Below are positions 39,676 through 53,583 of a DNA stretch of 64,000 bases, one piece after another. Under the pieces are notes generated by a model that ran no database searches, was not told the DNA's origin, and saw only the letters and a program-made list of their open reading frames with translations. The number at the start of each line of letters is the position of its first letter. The first letter of the stretch is position 1. The stretch covers positions 10,044,001-10,108,000 of the forward strand of contig NC_043001.1 in NCBI RefSeq assembly GCF_006345805.1, given 5' to 3'. Source of the stretch: Octopus sinensis (taxonomy: Eukaryota). The translations under genes were made by a program, and so were the position numbers.

Positions 39676-40394
39676 CTATTATTTCAGAATTGCACTTGCA
39701 TATCATCTTTATGTATAGAGAGAAAAATGCCAAAAAAAAAATAATAATAAATCTTAATTTCTTCCTTATAATTTATAGAAGAATTTGAAAAATTAACTTT
39801 TTTTTAATTGCAAAATTTTTCTTTTTCTTACATTACCTCATGGAGAATGTCTCATTTACATTGTTGTGTAAATTTCACTTATTTAGAATTTCTGGAGGAA
39901 GAGGTTATTCACATGGTCTTTAATGGCCCTCCAACAATGGTACCATGAATGCTACTTGAATTGTTGCAAGTTGATGGCTGCAGGAAAAACATAGGCAGGA
40001 AGGAAATTCTGTGGGACTGATGTTCTGGAAGAAAAGGACTGAGCTTAATGATTAGTGCAGCGGTGAAAAAATTTCAATTTGAATAAGGATTGAAGAGTGT
40101 GCTAAAGAGTAGGTACCTCTGAGAGAGGAAACTACATTTCTGGGCCAGCAGATGAATGGTGTTTGAGCAATTTCATGCCATTCAGTTCAGTGGCCTATTA
40201 GCTCAGATATCTTAATGTGTAGCAGTAGCATCATACCAAATTTTCAGAGCACTACTCCATTGTAGGTGTTATCTGAGCCTTGTGGGCCGTTAGTAATTTT
40301 TGGTAGAAAGGTGGATGTGGATGAAGTATTTTGTGATACTGAGGAGGGAAAGCAATGTTTGTGAAGTGCAATATCTATCTTGTTGGGTAACTTA

Positions 40395-40517
40395 TCCAAC
40401 TCTTCCATTGCAGTCTTCATAACCTCAACCTGATATTTAGTGTCTTCCACAAGTCAATATATGCTTTTCGTGGTCTGATGGTGCCTGTATGTCAGTGTGT
40501 GGGTTTCCAGAGAAAGC
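40395..40517 (-). pseudogene. RTE-type LINE C-terminal remnant
   Basis: Minus strand, with a frameshift: LWKPTH...RPRKAYID...VEDTKYQVEVMKTAME (cf. LWxPxHG...RGRPxxTYID...EDT...ELxTAMED). Confidence 0.55.
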
Positions 40518-40518
40518 T

Positions 40519-40795
40519 CATCATCATCATCATCATTTAACATCCGCTTTCCATGGGTTGGACGATTTTGACTGAGGGCTGGCAAACCAGATGGCTGCAC
40601 CAGGCTCCAATCTTGATCTGGCAGAGTTTCTACAGCTGGATACTCTTCCTAACGCCAACCACTCCAAGAGTGTAGTGGGTGTGTTTTACATGCCACTGGC
40701 AGGGGGGGGGCTGTCAGGCGGTACTGGCAATGACCTCGCTCGAATCTTTTTACATGTGCCACCGGCATAGGTGCCAGTCAGGTGACGTTAGTAAC
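40519..40795 (-). mobile_element. Family C SINE, partly duplicated at 40904-41113
   Basis: (CAT)n tail, CTACAGCTGGAT...CCTAACGCCAACCAC, modules. Confidence 0.85.
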
Positions 40796-41222
40796 CCCTG
40801 CTTCTTCAGCTGTCTTTGGTACTTCCAGGATATGTGTCGCCCATAAGAGATCCTCACTGAGTGTAAAAAATAGTTCGTAATCAAATTGCTCGTTGCTCAT
40901 TCTCAAACCAGATGGCTGCACCAGGCTCCAATCTTGATCTGGCAGAGCTTCTACAGCTGGATGCTCTTCCTAACGCCAACCACTCCGAGAGTGTAGTGGG
41001 TGCTTTTTACATGCCACCGGCATGGGAGCCAGTGAGGCGGTACTGGCAACGACCTCGCTCGAATCGTTTTACACATGCCACCGGCATAGGTGCCAGTAAG
41101 GCGACGTTGGTAACCCCTGCTTCTTCAGCTGTCTTTGGTACTTCCATGATATGTGTCGCCCATAAGAGATCCTCACTGAGTGTAAGATATAGTAAGTAAT
41201 CAAATTGCTCGTTGCTCATTCT
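40583..41222. repeat. Tandem duplication of about 320 bp (40583-40903 and 40904-41222)
   Basis: Both units contain the SINE part plus CCCCTGCTTCTTCAGCTGTCTTTGGTACTTCC...GTTGCTCATTCTC. Confidence 0.92.
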
Positions 41223-41226
41223 CAAA
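41114..41226 (-). pseudogene. PIF/Harbinger-like transposase fragment, internally deleted; also at 40795-40907
   Basis: LRMSNEQFDYLL and EVPKTAEE resemble the Harbinger nuclease N-terminal RMSxxxFDxLL and LKVPxTxEEW motifs. Confidence 0.5.
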
Positions 41227-42254
41227 TCAGGTGTGGGGTGCAATAATGTTTTCTTTACAATGGCTGTGTCTTGTTGACTTACTACAATGCTGAGTCAATT
41301 TAACTCAGTAAATTAACATTCAGTTTAGATAAAATGTTAGGTTTCTCTGAATATATTTCTATTTAGAGTAATGCACTTGATATTGTCGCCTACCAGAAGT
41401 TGTAAGTAGTCTATATGTTCAGCGTCTTTGTTTCAGATGATGCATTAAAATACTTGTTGAGGATGTTTTATGTGATGAAACCAATAAAATGACAAGAAGA
41501 AAAAAAATAGCAGTAGTTTATGTTCTTGCTATTTTTTTTCCCCCCAACTGTATGTAAAGAACTGAAGCAAATTGATATTTCGTGTTTTTGTTCAAGTCTT
41601 TCAATTGGATTTTGATATGAAGCAACTTTCCATGTTAATGTAAAACTTTTACTCATAATAACGAGATTGTTAGTTGCCATTGAGGTATCCATTGTCCGGT
41701 TTTTTTGTTTTTTTTTGTTTTTTTTTTTCCATTTTGTTTTTCTCTGTTTTGTTTCTTCTGAGAAATGAAATACGAAAGCTATGTAAAATCTTAAGAATTA
41801 AATACACGGAAAAATTGTAAATTGTTTTGGTTTTCTGAAACAATTATTAAAATGCTTTTTATTTTTTGTCCTAATTTTGTCTTATATTTTGTGTGCAAAT
41901 TCTAAAGTTTTGTCAATGTCTTATGTATTCCTACTTTGGATATTTCTTCTTTACAGTGTTGATAAAATATCTTTGAAGGATGTCATTTTTTCACTCAGGA
42001 GATAGATTTTTGTTTTTTTCAAATGTGTGTTTAATAAAATGCTCCAACTGAAGACATTGTATCATTTCTCACATTTTACTTTCTCAAATTTGCATAGAGT
42101 GGCCAAAGCAACCCTCTTCTTGGAAGCAATTTCTTACATCTTCTATTTATGAAGAGTGGGTGGAGAATATTTAGCTTTTCTCCAATTATTTGTAGTAGAA
42201 ATGTTAGGGAGTTGCCTTTCATTATAAGAATAAGATAGAATATCTTACATCATG

Positions 42255-42350
42255 TTCGTATTTGGTTTGCAAGATTCTTGATGTGGATTCATGTATTGAA
42301 ACAGATTTTGTTGTGTCTTGGGAGTGTCATGATGCCAATCATAATAACAT
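42255..42350. mobile_element. Old fragment of the 12742/26676 family tail
   Basis: TTTGGTTTGCAAGATTCTT...TTGTTGTGTCTTGGGAGTGTCAT. Confidence 0.55.
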
Positions 42351-42849
42351 GGACAGGTTCAATTCTACTTTTCCTTGTTAGTCAATTGGTTAAATATCTA
42401 ACCAGCTGGCTGATCAATTGTTTTTTTAATGTACTTGTTTAAACAACAAATTAGTTGTTCTTTAGTCAAAGTACTTTTGTTGCTGTCCATGACCTTTTCA
42501 GTGACTTTCCTTCTGGCTCCAGGCCTGCTCTACATTTCTCTGAGAACTGGTCTTATGTCTCTGTGTATGTGTGTGTGTAGATGTGTGTTTGTTTAGTAGA
42601 GGAGGAAAGGGTGAGGGTAAGTGAAGAGTTTATGTATGTGTGTGTGTTTGTGTGTGCACATGTGTGTGTGCACATGCGTGTGTTTACCTGTGTGACTCCT
42701 TATATATGTGTGCATTTCATTATTCTTAGTTATTCTTGTATGCTGAAGACTTATGGGTTTCGGGTGTAGTTCTTTATGTAGGGAAGGGAGAATTCCATAG
42801 ATAAATATCTGCATGTGTGTGCATAAAATATAAATTGAAAAAAAAATGA

Positions 42850-42959
42850 AATTGTTGCCAGATCAAATTGAGCCTGGTGCAGCCATCTGGTTTGCCAGCC
42901 TTCCATCTAACCGTCCAACCCATGCCAGCATGGAAAGCTGTTCAGCAATGATGATGGTG
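42850..42959 (+). mobile_element. Family C tail fragment
   Basis: GCCAGATCAAATTGAGCCTGGTGCAGCC...CCGTCCAACCCATGCCAGCATGGAAAG. Confidence 0.75.
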
Positions 42960-43589
42960 AATGTATACAATGATTTCCATGATTATTATCATACTAAAGA
43001 ATGCAAAACCCTAGTTTTTTTTTCTACTTTTTGTGTGTGTGTGGAGAGCTTAGGTTTATATCATGTGTGTGATTAGTAAATATATTACACACACACACAC
43101 AGGTCTAGAAACAAGGTGGAGAAAATTGCCTGCATACTTACAACTCACTGATAATTGGTTATGTGGAAGTGAAATCTTTCCAGCTTCAAAAAAATACTAT
43201 ATAGACATACATAGTTCGTATAAAATGATTTAAAAAAGATGAATGTACAAGTTATTGACTCTGTAATGGATTAGGTTATAATTCAGCTTCGTATCAGCCA
43301 TTATAGAGTAACCCATAATAAAAAGGTCACAACCATCTTGCTTCACTGTATATCTAGGACTATACTGTTCAATGTGTATTTAAGACATTAAAATATTATT
43401 TGGGAAAAAAATACTTTGCTGCTATTTCAAGTAAATTGACTGCATAGAGGCTCTCTTATTGGCTTATCAGCTATGGATGAAATTGCTCTGTAGAATACAA
43501 TGTTAGTTTAAGACTTTTGTTTTTTAACAAAGTTATAAGAGAAAGTAAGGGATTAGCATAATATTTTGTACAATCATTCAAGACAGCTT

Positions 43590-43950
43590 ACAAGACTGTA
43601 TCAAGCTCAGCTTCTGTACCATTGTAGAGATTGTTCTACTACATGGTTGCGAATGCTGGAACCTGATGCCTACTCTGTAGGAATCTCAGTTTCGGTACCA
43701 TGCCAGAATGCTGCATACATTACTTACCATCAAACAGGACAGTGATAGTAATGAGGCTGGCCCTCTCACTGCTAGAGACCAGGTGCTTCAGTCCATCCAA
43801 CTGAGGCTATGAGACTCAGCACATTCAGACAAAAGGCATCACAAGCCAACATTCATGAGTATACTAAAGGCAGATGTAGAAGCAGAAACTGGTGGTAAGT
43901 TAGCAAGATGTATGGAGGCCTGAGATGGATGACAACATCACTAGAACATA
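43590..43950 (+). pseudogene. RTE-type LINE C-terminal remnant
   Basis: VEIVLLHGCECWNLMPTL*ES...ARMLHTL (cf. VESVLLYGCESWTLT...TRMLR) and TFMSILKADVEAE...LARCME. Confidence 0.65.
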
Positions 43951-46900
43951 TCTGAGGGTGGCTTCAATACCACTTCTATTTTAAATAATAAATGTAGGTT
44001 GATGGGTCCTTATTGTATGACCAGATGTTTTGCATGGTTGCTATGATGGTAGGATATCAAATGTTTAAGAATGGGCTCAGCATCTATTGTAAACCATGAA
44101 TTAGGTATTCAGACAAGACAAAGCAATGTTCCTTTAAATTTGAATTATTTTAATTATTGATATTATCCTGTCTTAGTAATTGATTAAATATTGTAAAGAG
44201 TAAGGGAAAAAATAAGAAGCTGTACTTGTACTGTTTTTGATAATTATTACTATGATCACTAATGGCTAATTAATTCAAGGTGTCAAACCTTGGGCATTAC
44301 CTTATTATAAATGGATTCACAATGAGAAAGTCCAGTTAGCATTTCACTTGTACAATTATACGATTTGAAAACACGGTCATATAAAAACAATTCTGGAACA
44401 ATTCAGCTTACTTTTAGATAGCTATATGTCCTTATCAAGACCTTTTTTGTCTAAACTACAGGATGAAGTAAGCAAAATTATAGGAACTTAAAAATAATTT
44501 TCAAAATCTTTTACAGATTGTATGAAAGTCTTAATTTTCCTTTTAAATACATTCACATGTGCACACATACAATACGCAAGAATTGTTACAACAAATAAAT
44601 GACTAAATAAATAATCAAAATTCTAAAAATTTATTATGCATCTGGTGAGACAATTTACACTAATTGCGAAGAAATTTTTTTTTTTACTCTTTTTAAAAAT
44701 TAAAATGCCAGTTAGCATTATTTCCATTTTTTTGTTATTAAGCAATATGAAAAGGACATTTCATATATAAAGTAATGAGTTTAATCAACCTCGTATATTG
44801 TCAGTTTTCAACACCCTCTAAACATGTCAGGTATTTGATTGCTTTTGCATAACTAATATGTCGGGTGTGATTGACATATTATATTTCTAGATTTATGGCT
44901 GATTGCTTTATAATCAAATCCTTGTTTTTTTATTATTTATATTGTGAATTTTTGTTTTGATCACCAGATTCTCCAGTCATGTGCTTAATTTTTTAAGCAC
45001 ACTTTTTATACAAACTTTTTTGTACTTATGATTCAAATTATAATTTGTTTTTTATTGGAACTTTTATATTAGTCATAACAGCAAAGTGTTAATTCCCAAG
45101 CTATTTTATATAATTTCTATAAAACCAACATTTTCAATTATATTCTACATTATTAGATTTGATGTATTCTCACCCACTCGCAGTTTTGTTTTATCTTCAA
45201 AGAATGTAAACTAAAGATCGTACCCAGCTTCTTACCAGGTGGAACCTTACATTTAGTAGGTATGGATATCAAAAGAAAACCAGCATTAATGGTGGTTCAA
45301 GCATCATAAGAACAATATTGGGTTTTCATAATATTGGAATTAGGGTAGGAAGATATAAGCATGCCAACATATTAATGGTATTCAGAACCCTTATGCACAG
45401 AGAACAAAGGATGAAATAATTTGCTTCAAGAGTCCATGGTTATTTGTCTGTCATAGAAATCTCAGCACATAATTGGCATATATTTCCCCCTCTATACATG
45501 TCCTACATTTCCAGATGTTTCTTTGATCAGAATATAACGCTGTTCTTTGATTAATATTCTTAAGGATTCATTTTGTTTCATGCTTGACATCTCTTTCATA
45601 AATCTACGGATTTGAATACCGGCAATATTTTGCATTTCTCCCATCTATTGAGTATGTATTACTTTAGCAAGGATGCTATGTTAGAATAATGGCACCCTTT
45701 TTGATTTTGTATCACGAAAATGATTTTTACCTTTTCCGTTTTTGAAACTGAGCAGTTGCCTGTTTAAGGTTCTGTGTCAAACTCTGCTTATCATGAAATG
45801 AGGTTTAGTGATGCTTATGTGATATCAGTCTAGTTTATAAGTTCCTTGATCTATGAGCAGATTGTAATGACTGTAAATATTTAGGAATTACTCACACTCA
45901 CACACGGGTCTTGTTAGTGTCAAATAAGAGAAGACAAATAGATTGTAAATATATTGCTGACAATATGATTGTGTATGCTTGGTGTAGATAAGTTCAATAT
46001 AGTTGTCTTTACCAAAATTAGATTAAAATATCTTTATAATTTACTTAATTGCAGCCCTGTTACTCAAGAGGATTCTTGAAGTGGTGTAAGTTGCAATGTA
46101 ACATAAGGAATCGGTTAGGTTTAGTCTGTTGAGTTTCTGATTGGTTTTCAGTTCTCATCTCTCTCCTTTCTCTTTTCACATACTCATTTAATTTCCCTTA
46201 TACATCTCTCTTCTTCTCTAAACTCTCTCTTTCAATTCCCCCTCCCTGCTATGCTTTATTTTTTTTTATCTACTGTTGCTGGTACTAGAGACATGAGTAA
46301 ACTGTTCTTAAGAAATAAAGAAAAATCTTAAACCTTAAATAAATTGTGTAAGTTGAGATTTTATATTTTTACATTCGTCTATAGAAGCTACTTCGATCTG
46401 AGGTGATATTTAAGCTAATTTCAAGATTGTATATAGTTTTATAGTATATTGATGTAATTTTGCAATATTTATAGGTGGAGGGGTGAGAGAAAAAAAAAAA
46501 GAGAAGAAAAACAGCGTACAGAAGTTTCAAAAGTCTTGCAATAAATTATTCAGGCATCTCCAACTCTTTCTTTTTACATTATTTATACCACTTTCTTTAT
46601 ATTAGACTTTCATTAGTACCGTTCATATCCTATAAATGTCTTAAATGCATTGTTTGCAACAGTTTCATATTCATGTGCTGAATTATTGGACTAATAAATA
46701 ATTTCTCAATGTATTGTGGAAACAAAATATATTCTCTCTTTTTGAATGAGTTATTTCACAACAAAACTCTATTTATTGTTCACTCTACAAAAGATTTTTG
46801 AATTTAACGCATGAATTCTCTAGACTGATGTTGATGTTTGTAAGGATATTTCTTAATTCGTCTATTTCATTACTATTGTGCTTTTTACTGTTAACTCCAT

Positions 46901-47376
46901 CAATATTTTTCCTTATCGCTAGGCAAAGGAATTTATATAAGCTATGGTAAATGCTACATATTTAGGAGAGTAGTTATTCTGAAGTGAAACCATAACTATC
47001 TGATGGTAAGCTTCAATAGGTTGGCATCACATCTAGTGAGAAAGATATTTCTTAATTAATCACGGTATAATTTTAAAACTGAAATAAACTCAAGAATGTT
47101 GTAATATAAAGTATTTATCTGTTCTATATATTGCTCAGAACGAGTTATAATCTAAGCTGTGGATACTTTATCATAAATTAAGGTATACCACTCAGCAAAT
47201 ATATAAAGCCTTTACATGTAAGTTTCATATGTTTTGCAATTTCTTCAAAATGAATTGTATTTGTGTTTCTTTTAAATCTCCTTACTTTGTAAGATTTTAC
47301 AGATCTTACTATAGATCTTTTACAGATCTTTAATCTTACAGATTAATGTATTCATTCAGCTAGTATTAAGGATCTA

Positions 47377-47537
47377 GGAGTGCATGTGTGGTAAGTAGCT
47401 TGCTTACCAACCGCATGGTCCTGGGTTCAGTTCCACTGTGGGGCACCTTAGGCAAGTGTCTTCTTCTAGCTTCGGGCTTTGTGAGTGGATTTGGCAGAGT
47501 GAAATTGAAAGAAGCTCGTTGTGTGTGTATGTATGTA

Positions 47538-47579
<42 letters not shown>

Positions 47580-47803
47580 TGTGTGTGCGTGTGTGTTTAT
47601 GTCTGTGTTCATCCCCCCACCATCACTTGACGACCGATGCTGGTGTGTTTACATCCCTGTAACTTAGCAGTTTGGCAAAAGAGACCGATAGAATAAGCAC
47701 TAGGCTTACAAAGAATAAATCCTGGGATCGATTTGTTTGACTAAAGGCAGTGCTCCAGCATGGCTACAGTCAAATGACTGAAACAAGGAAAAGAATAAAA
47801 GAA
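47377..47803 (+). mobile_element. SINE family B
   Basis: Head, CCTTAGGCAAGT, internal microsatellite and tail. Confidence 0.9.
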
Positions 47804-47819
47804 TCCTCATTTTAATTCT

Positions 47820-48300
47820 TATGCTAATGGAAACAACCTTTTACAACATCCAACATTTTGAATCTCACTCTTTCCTGGATTTCCAACCACTTCATTTCCA
47901 TTGATGACCTGCTTTGATCTGTCAAGCACCAGGGCTCTCCTGAGTTGGAGAAATTTCGTGAAAACAACATCATTGCCCTCAGTAACACTTCTTACACTGA
48001 CATAGGAATTTTCTTTTGGATTTGCTTGCTTATGGCCTCCATCTGCCTCTCTTGGCTTCAATTAGTTGGTAGCTTTCTATTAGCTTGCATTATTGCTACA
48101 CATGTTGCCAGAGCTTTTTATGTCCCTTATTCTGCCAACTCCATTATGCCCTGAGACTTCAGTTTTCTCTCTTACTCCCTTGCTTCTATACATTGGCTTA
48201 CATACACCACATCTGGCAACATCTTCTTTTGCACAAATGACACAACCCTTCTTTCATCAATAACATTCTCCAACTTTGCATCTTCGACCTAGTTGCCACT
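47820..48300 (-). pseudogene. Very decayed RTE-like reverse transcriptase remnant
   Basis: Minus-strand AGAATAAGGGACATAAAAAGCTCTGGCAAC resembles KNKGDIQSCGN with an indel; the rest is weak. Confidence 0.3.
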
Positions 48301-49852
48301 TACCAAACCCACACTGATTCCAAGAAGGGGAACCCCAAAAAGCATCTACCTGTAACAATGTGCCAGTTTTGTCTCTTTCAAGAACAAAAACATTATTCAT
48401 AGCTAGAAAACATCATCACAACCTACTCGTTCATTAAGAACACTCAACTAGAGCCCTTAAATTGACCCTAGTTAATGGACCTCACTATCACCAAGGATCT
48501 CTTGTAGCAAAAGCATGTAGTTTGAACTGCATTCCAAGAAATGGCGCTTCTCTTCAGATCCATGAAATACTTCATTCCCTTATAAAGGTTATGAAACCCA
48601 CAATGAAGTATTGTCTTTTTTTTGTTTTTTTTTTGCATCTAAGATAGTGCCACTGCTCAATATTAGGCATCCTAAACCCTCAACCTGAGAAGAGCCACCC
48701 ATCTGACTGGTGTCAAGTCACAAAAGCATATGCTCTAACCTGTCACCAACAGTTGTTCTTTGTGTTTTCTCTTTTTTCTAATTGACCATAATGATCACAG
48801 CACCTTATTGTCAGTTAGGATCTCATTACTCATATTCAGGTATTGCTCTCTTTCTGAATGAATTATTTCAACACAAAACTTTATTGTCCACTCTACAAAA
48901 GATTTTTGAACTTAACGCATGAATTCTCTAGACTGATGTTTGTAAAGATATTTCTTAATTCATCATTTTCAGTACCGTTGTGCTTTTTACTGTTAACTCC
49001 ATCAATATTTTTCCTTATCACTAAGCAAAGAAATTTATATAAGCTTTCCTCCTCTCATCAACATTGTTATTTTCAAATCCACAGGGCCCACTCTAAACAC
49101 AATGCTAGATTTTCCTTTCCAAAATGTCAGTCCTTTGGAATTTCATCCCTATTCATATTTTCTGGCAGATGCTGACTTAGGGCTTTGAAGGAACTTTTAA
49201 AAGCATCAATATTGATGTTCTATGGCAATGTGGAATGGAATGGCTATGAAGGCTATACCTACTCGCCGTTCGTCCAGGATCAGTAAAAAAAAAAAACCCA
49301 AAAAACCCAAAGTAAGAATTGCTTTCATGGTTCAGATTCCTGTGGTGGAATAAATTCCATTCAGGTGTGCATAGTATTTTATGTGAGTTGGTCATGTCTG
49401 AACATAACACTTATCATAATCATTAACATAACTTCTTATGTTATTTCTACCATGCTGATATGATTATAATGAGTTTCAGCATCTTGACACTCTTTCATCA
49501 TTTGACACGTACACCAAACATTTTGTGAAAACCAGGCATCATAGTTGTGTATGTCATGATTTTGGCATGGTTTTTTTTTTTTTTTATGAGTAGTTTCCTC
49601 TCATATCACCAAACACTTTAAAGTACGGTGAGATGATGTCTGAAGTGGAGCAGACATCTGGCATATGCTCTATTGATGCTTTTATTCAGAGTTACCTATT
49701 TAGGTACCTGTGCTACGACTTGCAACATTGATGTCTGTACCATTCACTCCTCTTTGTTAGCAAGTATTTTGCAGTTCACATAGTGTATACCATTATTTGA
49801 ATAGGCTGATATCTAATGAACTCTTTATAACAATATATAAGTAGGTTGTCTA

Positions 49853-50310
49853 TAGGCGGCGAGCTGGCAGAAACGTTCGCACGCCGGGCGAAATGCTTAG
49901 CAGTATTTCGTCTGCCGTTACGTTCTGAGTTAAAATTCTGCCGAGGTCAACTTTGCCTTTCATCCTTTCGGGGTCGGTTAAATAAGTACCAGTTACACAC
50001 TGGGGTCGATGTAATCAACTTAACCCTTTCATTACCAACCCGGCTGAAACTGGCTCTGGCTCTGTAGTACAAATGTCATGTTTTCATAAGTTTTGAATTA
50101 AAATCTTCCACCCAACCTTAGTCAAAATTTAGGTTCCTAATACTAGCTTAATGATAATTGAGTTATTTTACTAAATTCTTTGTTATGTTTAAAATAATTA
50201 AAAGAAACACAGAGCATCTCAAAATAAATACAGTAACGAAAGGGTTAATCCGTATGTCTATCCTTGTTTGTCCCCTCTATGTTTAGCCCCTTGTGGGTAG
50301 TAAAGAAATA
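49853..50310 (+). mobile_element. SINE family A interrupted by a MITE
   Basis: Full head and tail; TAAGTAGGTTG duplicated on both flanks. Confidence 0.9.
50024..50244. mobile_element. piggyBac-type MITE, 221 bp
   Basis: TTAA duplicated at 50020-50023 and 50245-50248; termini CCCTTTCATTAC / GTAACGAAAGGG. Confidence 0.88.
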
Positions 50311-50979
50311 TTTAAGTAGGTTGATATCTCATGAATGCTTTTTATTGATGTAATACATTTTCCATTCTGTTGTAGTACACAATTTTTAAAATTATTATTT
50401 TTTTTTTTTTTAGTGTTAAAAAAAATATATGCACGGATGTAAATTGGAAAGTTATAAGGTGATGCTTGAGGTTTTGGTGGTAGAGTCTTATATGTACATC
50501 TTAAGCTTCTGTGTTAATAGATTAGAAAAGGTATAGATTGTGGCTTGCAGGTTTCTTTTTTCCGTTTTTGTAGCATCTGGCAATTTACTAACAGTGGTAG
50601 AAAGTTTTGTCTCATAGAGGACATTTATAACGTGTTACTTTTATTGTAGATCTCCATGAAAATTGAGTTTTTATAGTTACACGTTGGTTATGCATAAGCA
50701 TTAGGTAACAGAAAAAAAACTGCATTTGATTATTTAGATGTATTGAGGAATCTTATAACAAGGTAAAATAGGGAAAAAAACTGTATGTGCATTACAAACA
50801 ATGTTATATAAGAGAGATGGCCATGGTATTAAGGATTCAGGATTCTGATTTATGGTGTATTAGGTAAAATAAATGACCAACTGATTTTTGTTTATACCAA
50901 TCAAGGTATCATGTTCAAACCAGAGATAATATTCCTCGTTGTATTAGTCTTTTCTCAATTTTACTGTGAATGCCAATAT

Positions 50980-51340
50980 TCTATTTGAGATTTGTCATGG
51001 TATACCAATACCATACGTAGTCACTAGCTCATAAGAATTTGATTACCAACTGCAGATATCATATTTTTATGTGTTGAAAACTATTGCGATTGCCGCTCTG
51101 TTATCCGATTCTTATACTCATCTACATTAAATCCATTTTACAATTTCATGCTTCACTTTAAGCATGTCATATTAAAACCATTCTTTGTGTCATTTCCTAG
51201 CGATGTTCTCCCCTCCTTATTGAAATGTAGCATTTTTTCTCCCATGAGCTGACACTGGAATTTAAGACAATCAATTTTCGTTGCCAATACAGTACAAAAC
51301 AGACTACTACGTACTGAATAACACTTTTCATGTGACCTGC
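50980..51340 (-). pseudogene. Mariner transposase N-terminal remnant
   Basis: HFNKEGRTSLGNDTKNG resembles the mariner HTH linker FKEGRTSLEDDPRSG. Confidence 0.45.
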
Positions 51341-51683
51341 TGTCAATGTGTGTGCATATGTTTCTTTGCATAATGTGTTTGTATTTATGTAAGGATCTTT
51401 TTTAATAGTTACCATCATCACATATCGTCACTGTATTTACTTAGAACCAGGAATTTTCATTATTCTTTTATATTTAATTCATAATCATTTTTTAAGTGAA
51501 TGTGAGGAATTAGTTGTATTTTCTTTATTGAATACATTTCTGCAGTTATATCTACCTTAGTGTTTGTGAGTCTTTTCACAATATTCCATGACGGAATCTA
51601 ATCAATTAGTAACGTTTCTCTGTAATTAATATTACTGTTTATCACTTGTTGGTCTGTCTATCAGTCTGCCTGTCTATATATAT

Positions 51684-51903
51684 TCTTTACTCTTTTACTT
51701 GTTTCAGTCATTTGACTGCGGCCATGCTGGAGCACCGCCTTTAGTCGAGCAAATCGACCCGGGACTTATTCTTTGTAAGCCCAGTACTTATTCTATTGGT
51801 CTCTTTTGCCGAACCGCTAAGTGACAGGGTTGTAAACACACCAGCATCGGTTGTCAAGCAATGCTTGGGGGACAAACACAGACACACAAACACATACACA
51901 CAC

Positions 51904-51962
<59 letters not shown>

Positions 51963-52142
51963 ATATATATACATATATACGACAGGCTTCTTTCAGTTTC
52001 CGTCTACCAAATCCACTCACAAGGCTTTGGTCGGCCCAGGGCTATAGCAGAAGACACTTGCCCAAGATGCCACACAGTGGGACTGAACCCGGAACCATGT
52101 GGTTGGTTAGCAAGCTACTTACCACACAGCCACTCCTGCACC
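51684..52142 (-). mobile_element. SINE family B, young-looking, with long internal (TA)n
   Basis: Near-identical to the reverse complement of 6078-6487. Confidence 0.93.
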
Positions 52143-53583
52143 TTCAAAAATTAATTTCATTCAATGTTTAGAAATCTTGGATTTTTTTTCAATTTAAAAT
52201 TTAGGTAAATGCTTTATTGCAACATTTATGAATAATAAAGCCTATTCAAACATGTTGTGCATGAATGAGATTGTGAGTTATCATTAATTTATCTTTAGAT
52301 TGTATTCAGAAAGTTGTGTTTTTTTGTTGTTTTTTAGAAGTTTTTAACAAGTTAGACTGTCAAAGGATTAATAATACGATACTGCTTTAAATTTTTCCAT
52401 TTCCAATCTGTATTGATACAGAAAGATAGGTATATCACTGTCAAGGTTGATATTTATAATAGCAAATCCTTGAATTGCTGAGATAATAATTCAGAAACAT
52501 TTTTGTTTAGTTTAAGCTCTATAACAAACTGTATAAAAATCAAAAAAATTATTTTAAAATTATTTTCATTTTATTAAAACTGATTGGCAGTTGTTTTAAA
52601 ATTGTCTGAAACCGAGAGCAATATATTGACTAATATCAAAGAAGTACTGAAAATTAAATAAAAACCACATCATCCATATTTCATTAAGTAATACTACACA
52701 TATTTTCATAATATTTTGGTGTAAAGAAGTCGAGAAATTTCTCAAAAACATATATATCTTTATTATTAACTATTTATTTCAAATTTAAGGATTTGTTATC
52801 TTGGATTTTATTTGTTTGTACTGGAATTTATGATTAAAAGTATTGATCCTTTAAGAAGTGATATTACAATAAACATTTAACGTTATTATGGATTGCTTGT
52901 TCAGAAATATTATTAGGTCTTTTGTGTTGCTGAAGACCATATGTTTGAATTTGCTGAGTTGCATTTCTGTTCATTCACTGAACCATTCTCATAGCCAATC
53001 TTTTCGTTCTTGTCTCCTGTTTTACATTCATTAACCATGTCTCACTGCCATAAATTATAACATTTGTTACACACTGTTCTTCTCAGTTTCAGCAACATCA
53101 TCTTCCTCATTAGCAGACCACTCAGTTGACCAAACCTCTATGCACATGTCCACTCTGGTCATTGTCACTCTGTCTGATCCACCTTTTCCATTCAAGAGTG
53201 TTCCCATCCTTTGTCTTCATAACTAAATGCTATTTCTAAGATCCTGCTCATCATTACATTCCAGTGCAGTTGCGACATTAACTTTCACACATTGCTACAG
53301 TTTTGATGACCCCCCCCCCCCCGGTGTATATTGCACAATTCATAGGGTTTACTCCAACACTCTTCCTTTATTGCACATGGCTACTTCCTATTCTTTCTAC
53401 CTTATGCTTTATCATTTGCCCACCTTCATGTTTCTAATATTCACCCTCATTCCTTTTGCCTCCACCCCTGTCTTCCATCTATTTATCTTCTTTCCATTCC
53501 TGTTCTCTGCTATTAATAACAGATTATCCAAAGTAGAGCTACTTGATTGATAAAATCTCCTTTATGCATCATGCCAGTGTACC

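Larger units (their letters stand above)
46734..49045. repeat. Dispersed direct duplication of about 200 bp (46734-46943 and 48846-49045)
   Basis: CTCTCTTTYTGAATGA...CACTCTACAAAAGATTTTTGAA...GAATTCTCTAGACTGATG...AATTTATATAAGCT present twice. Confidence 0.9.
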
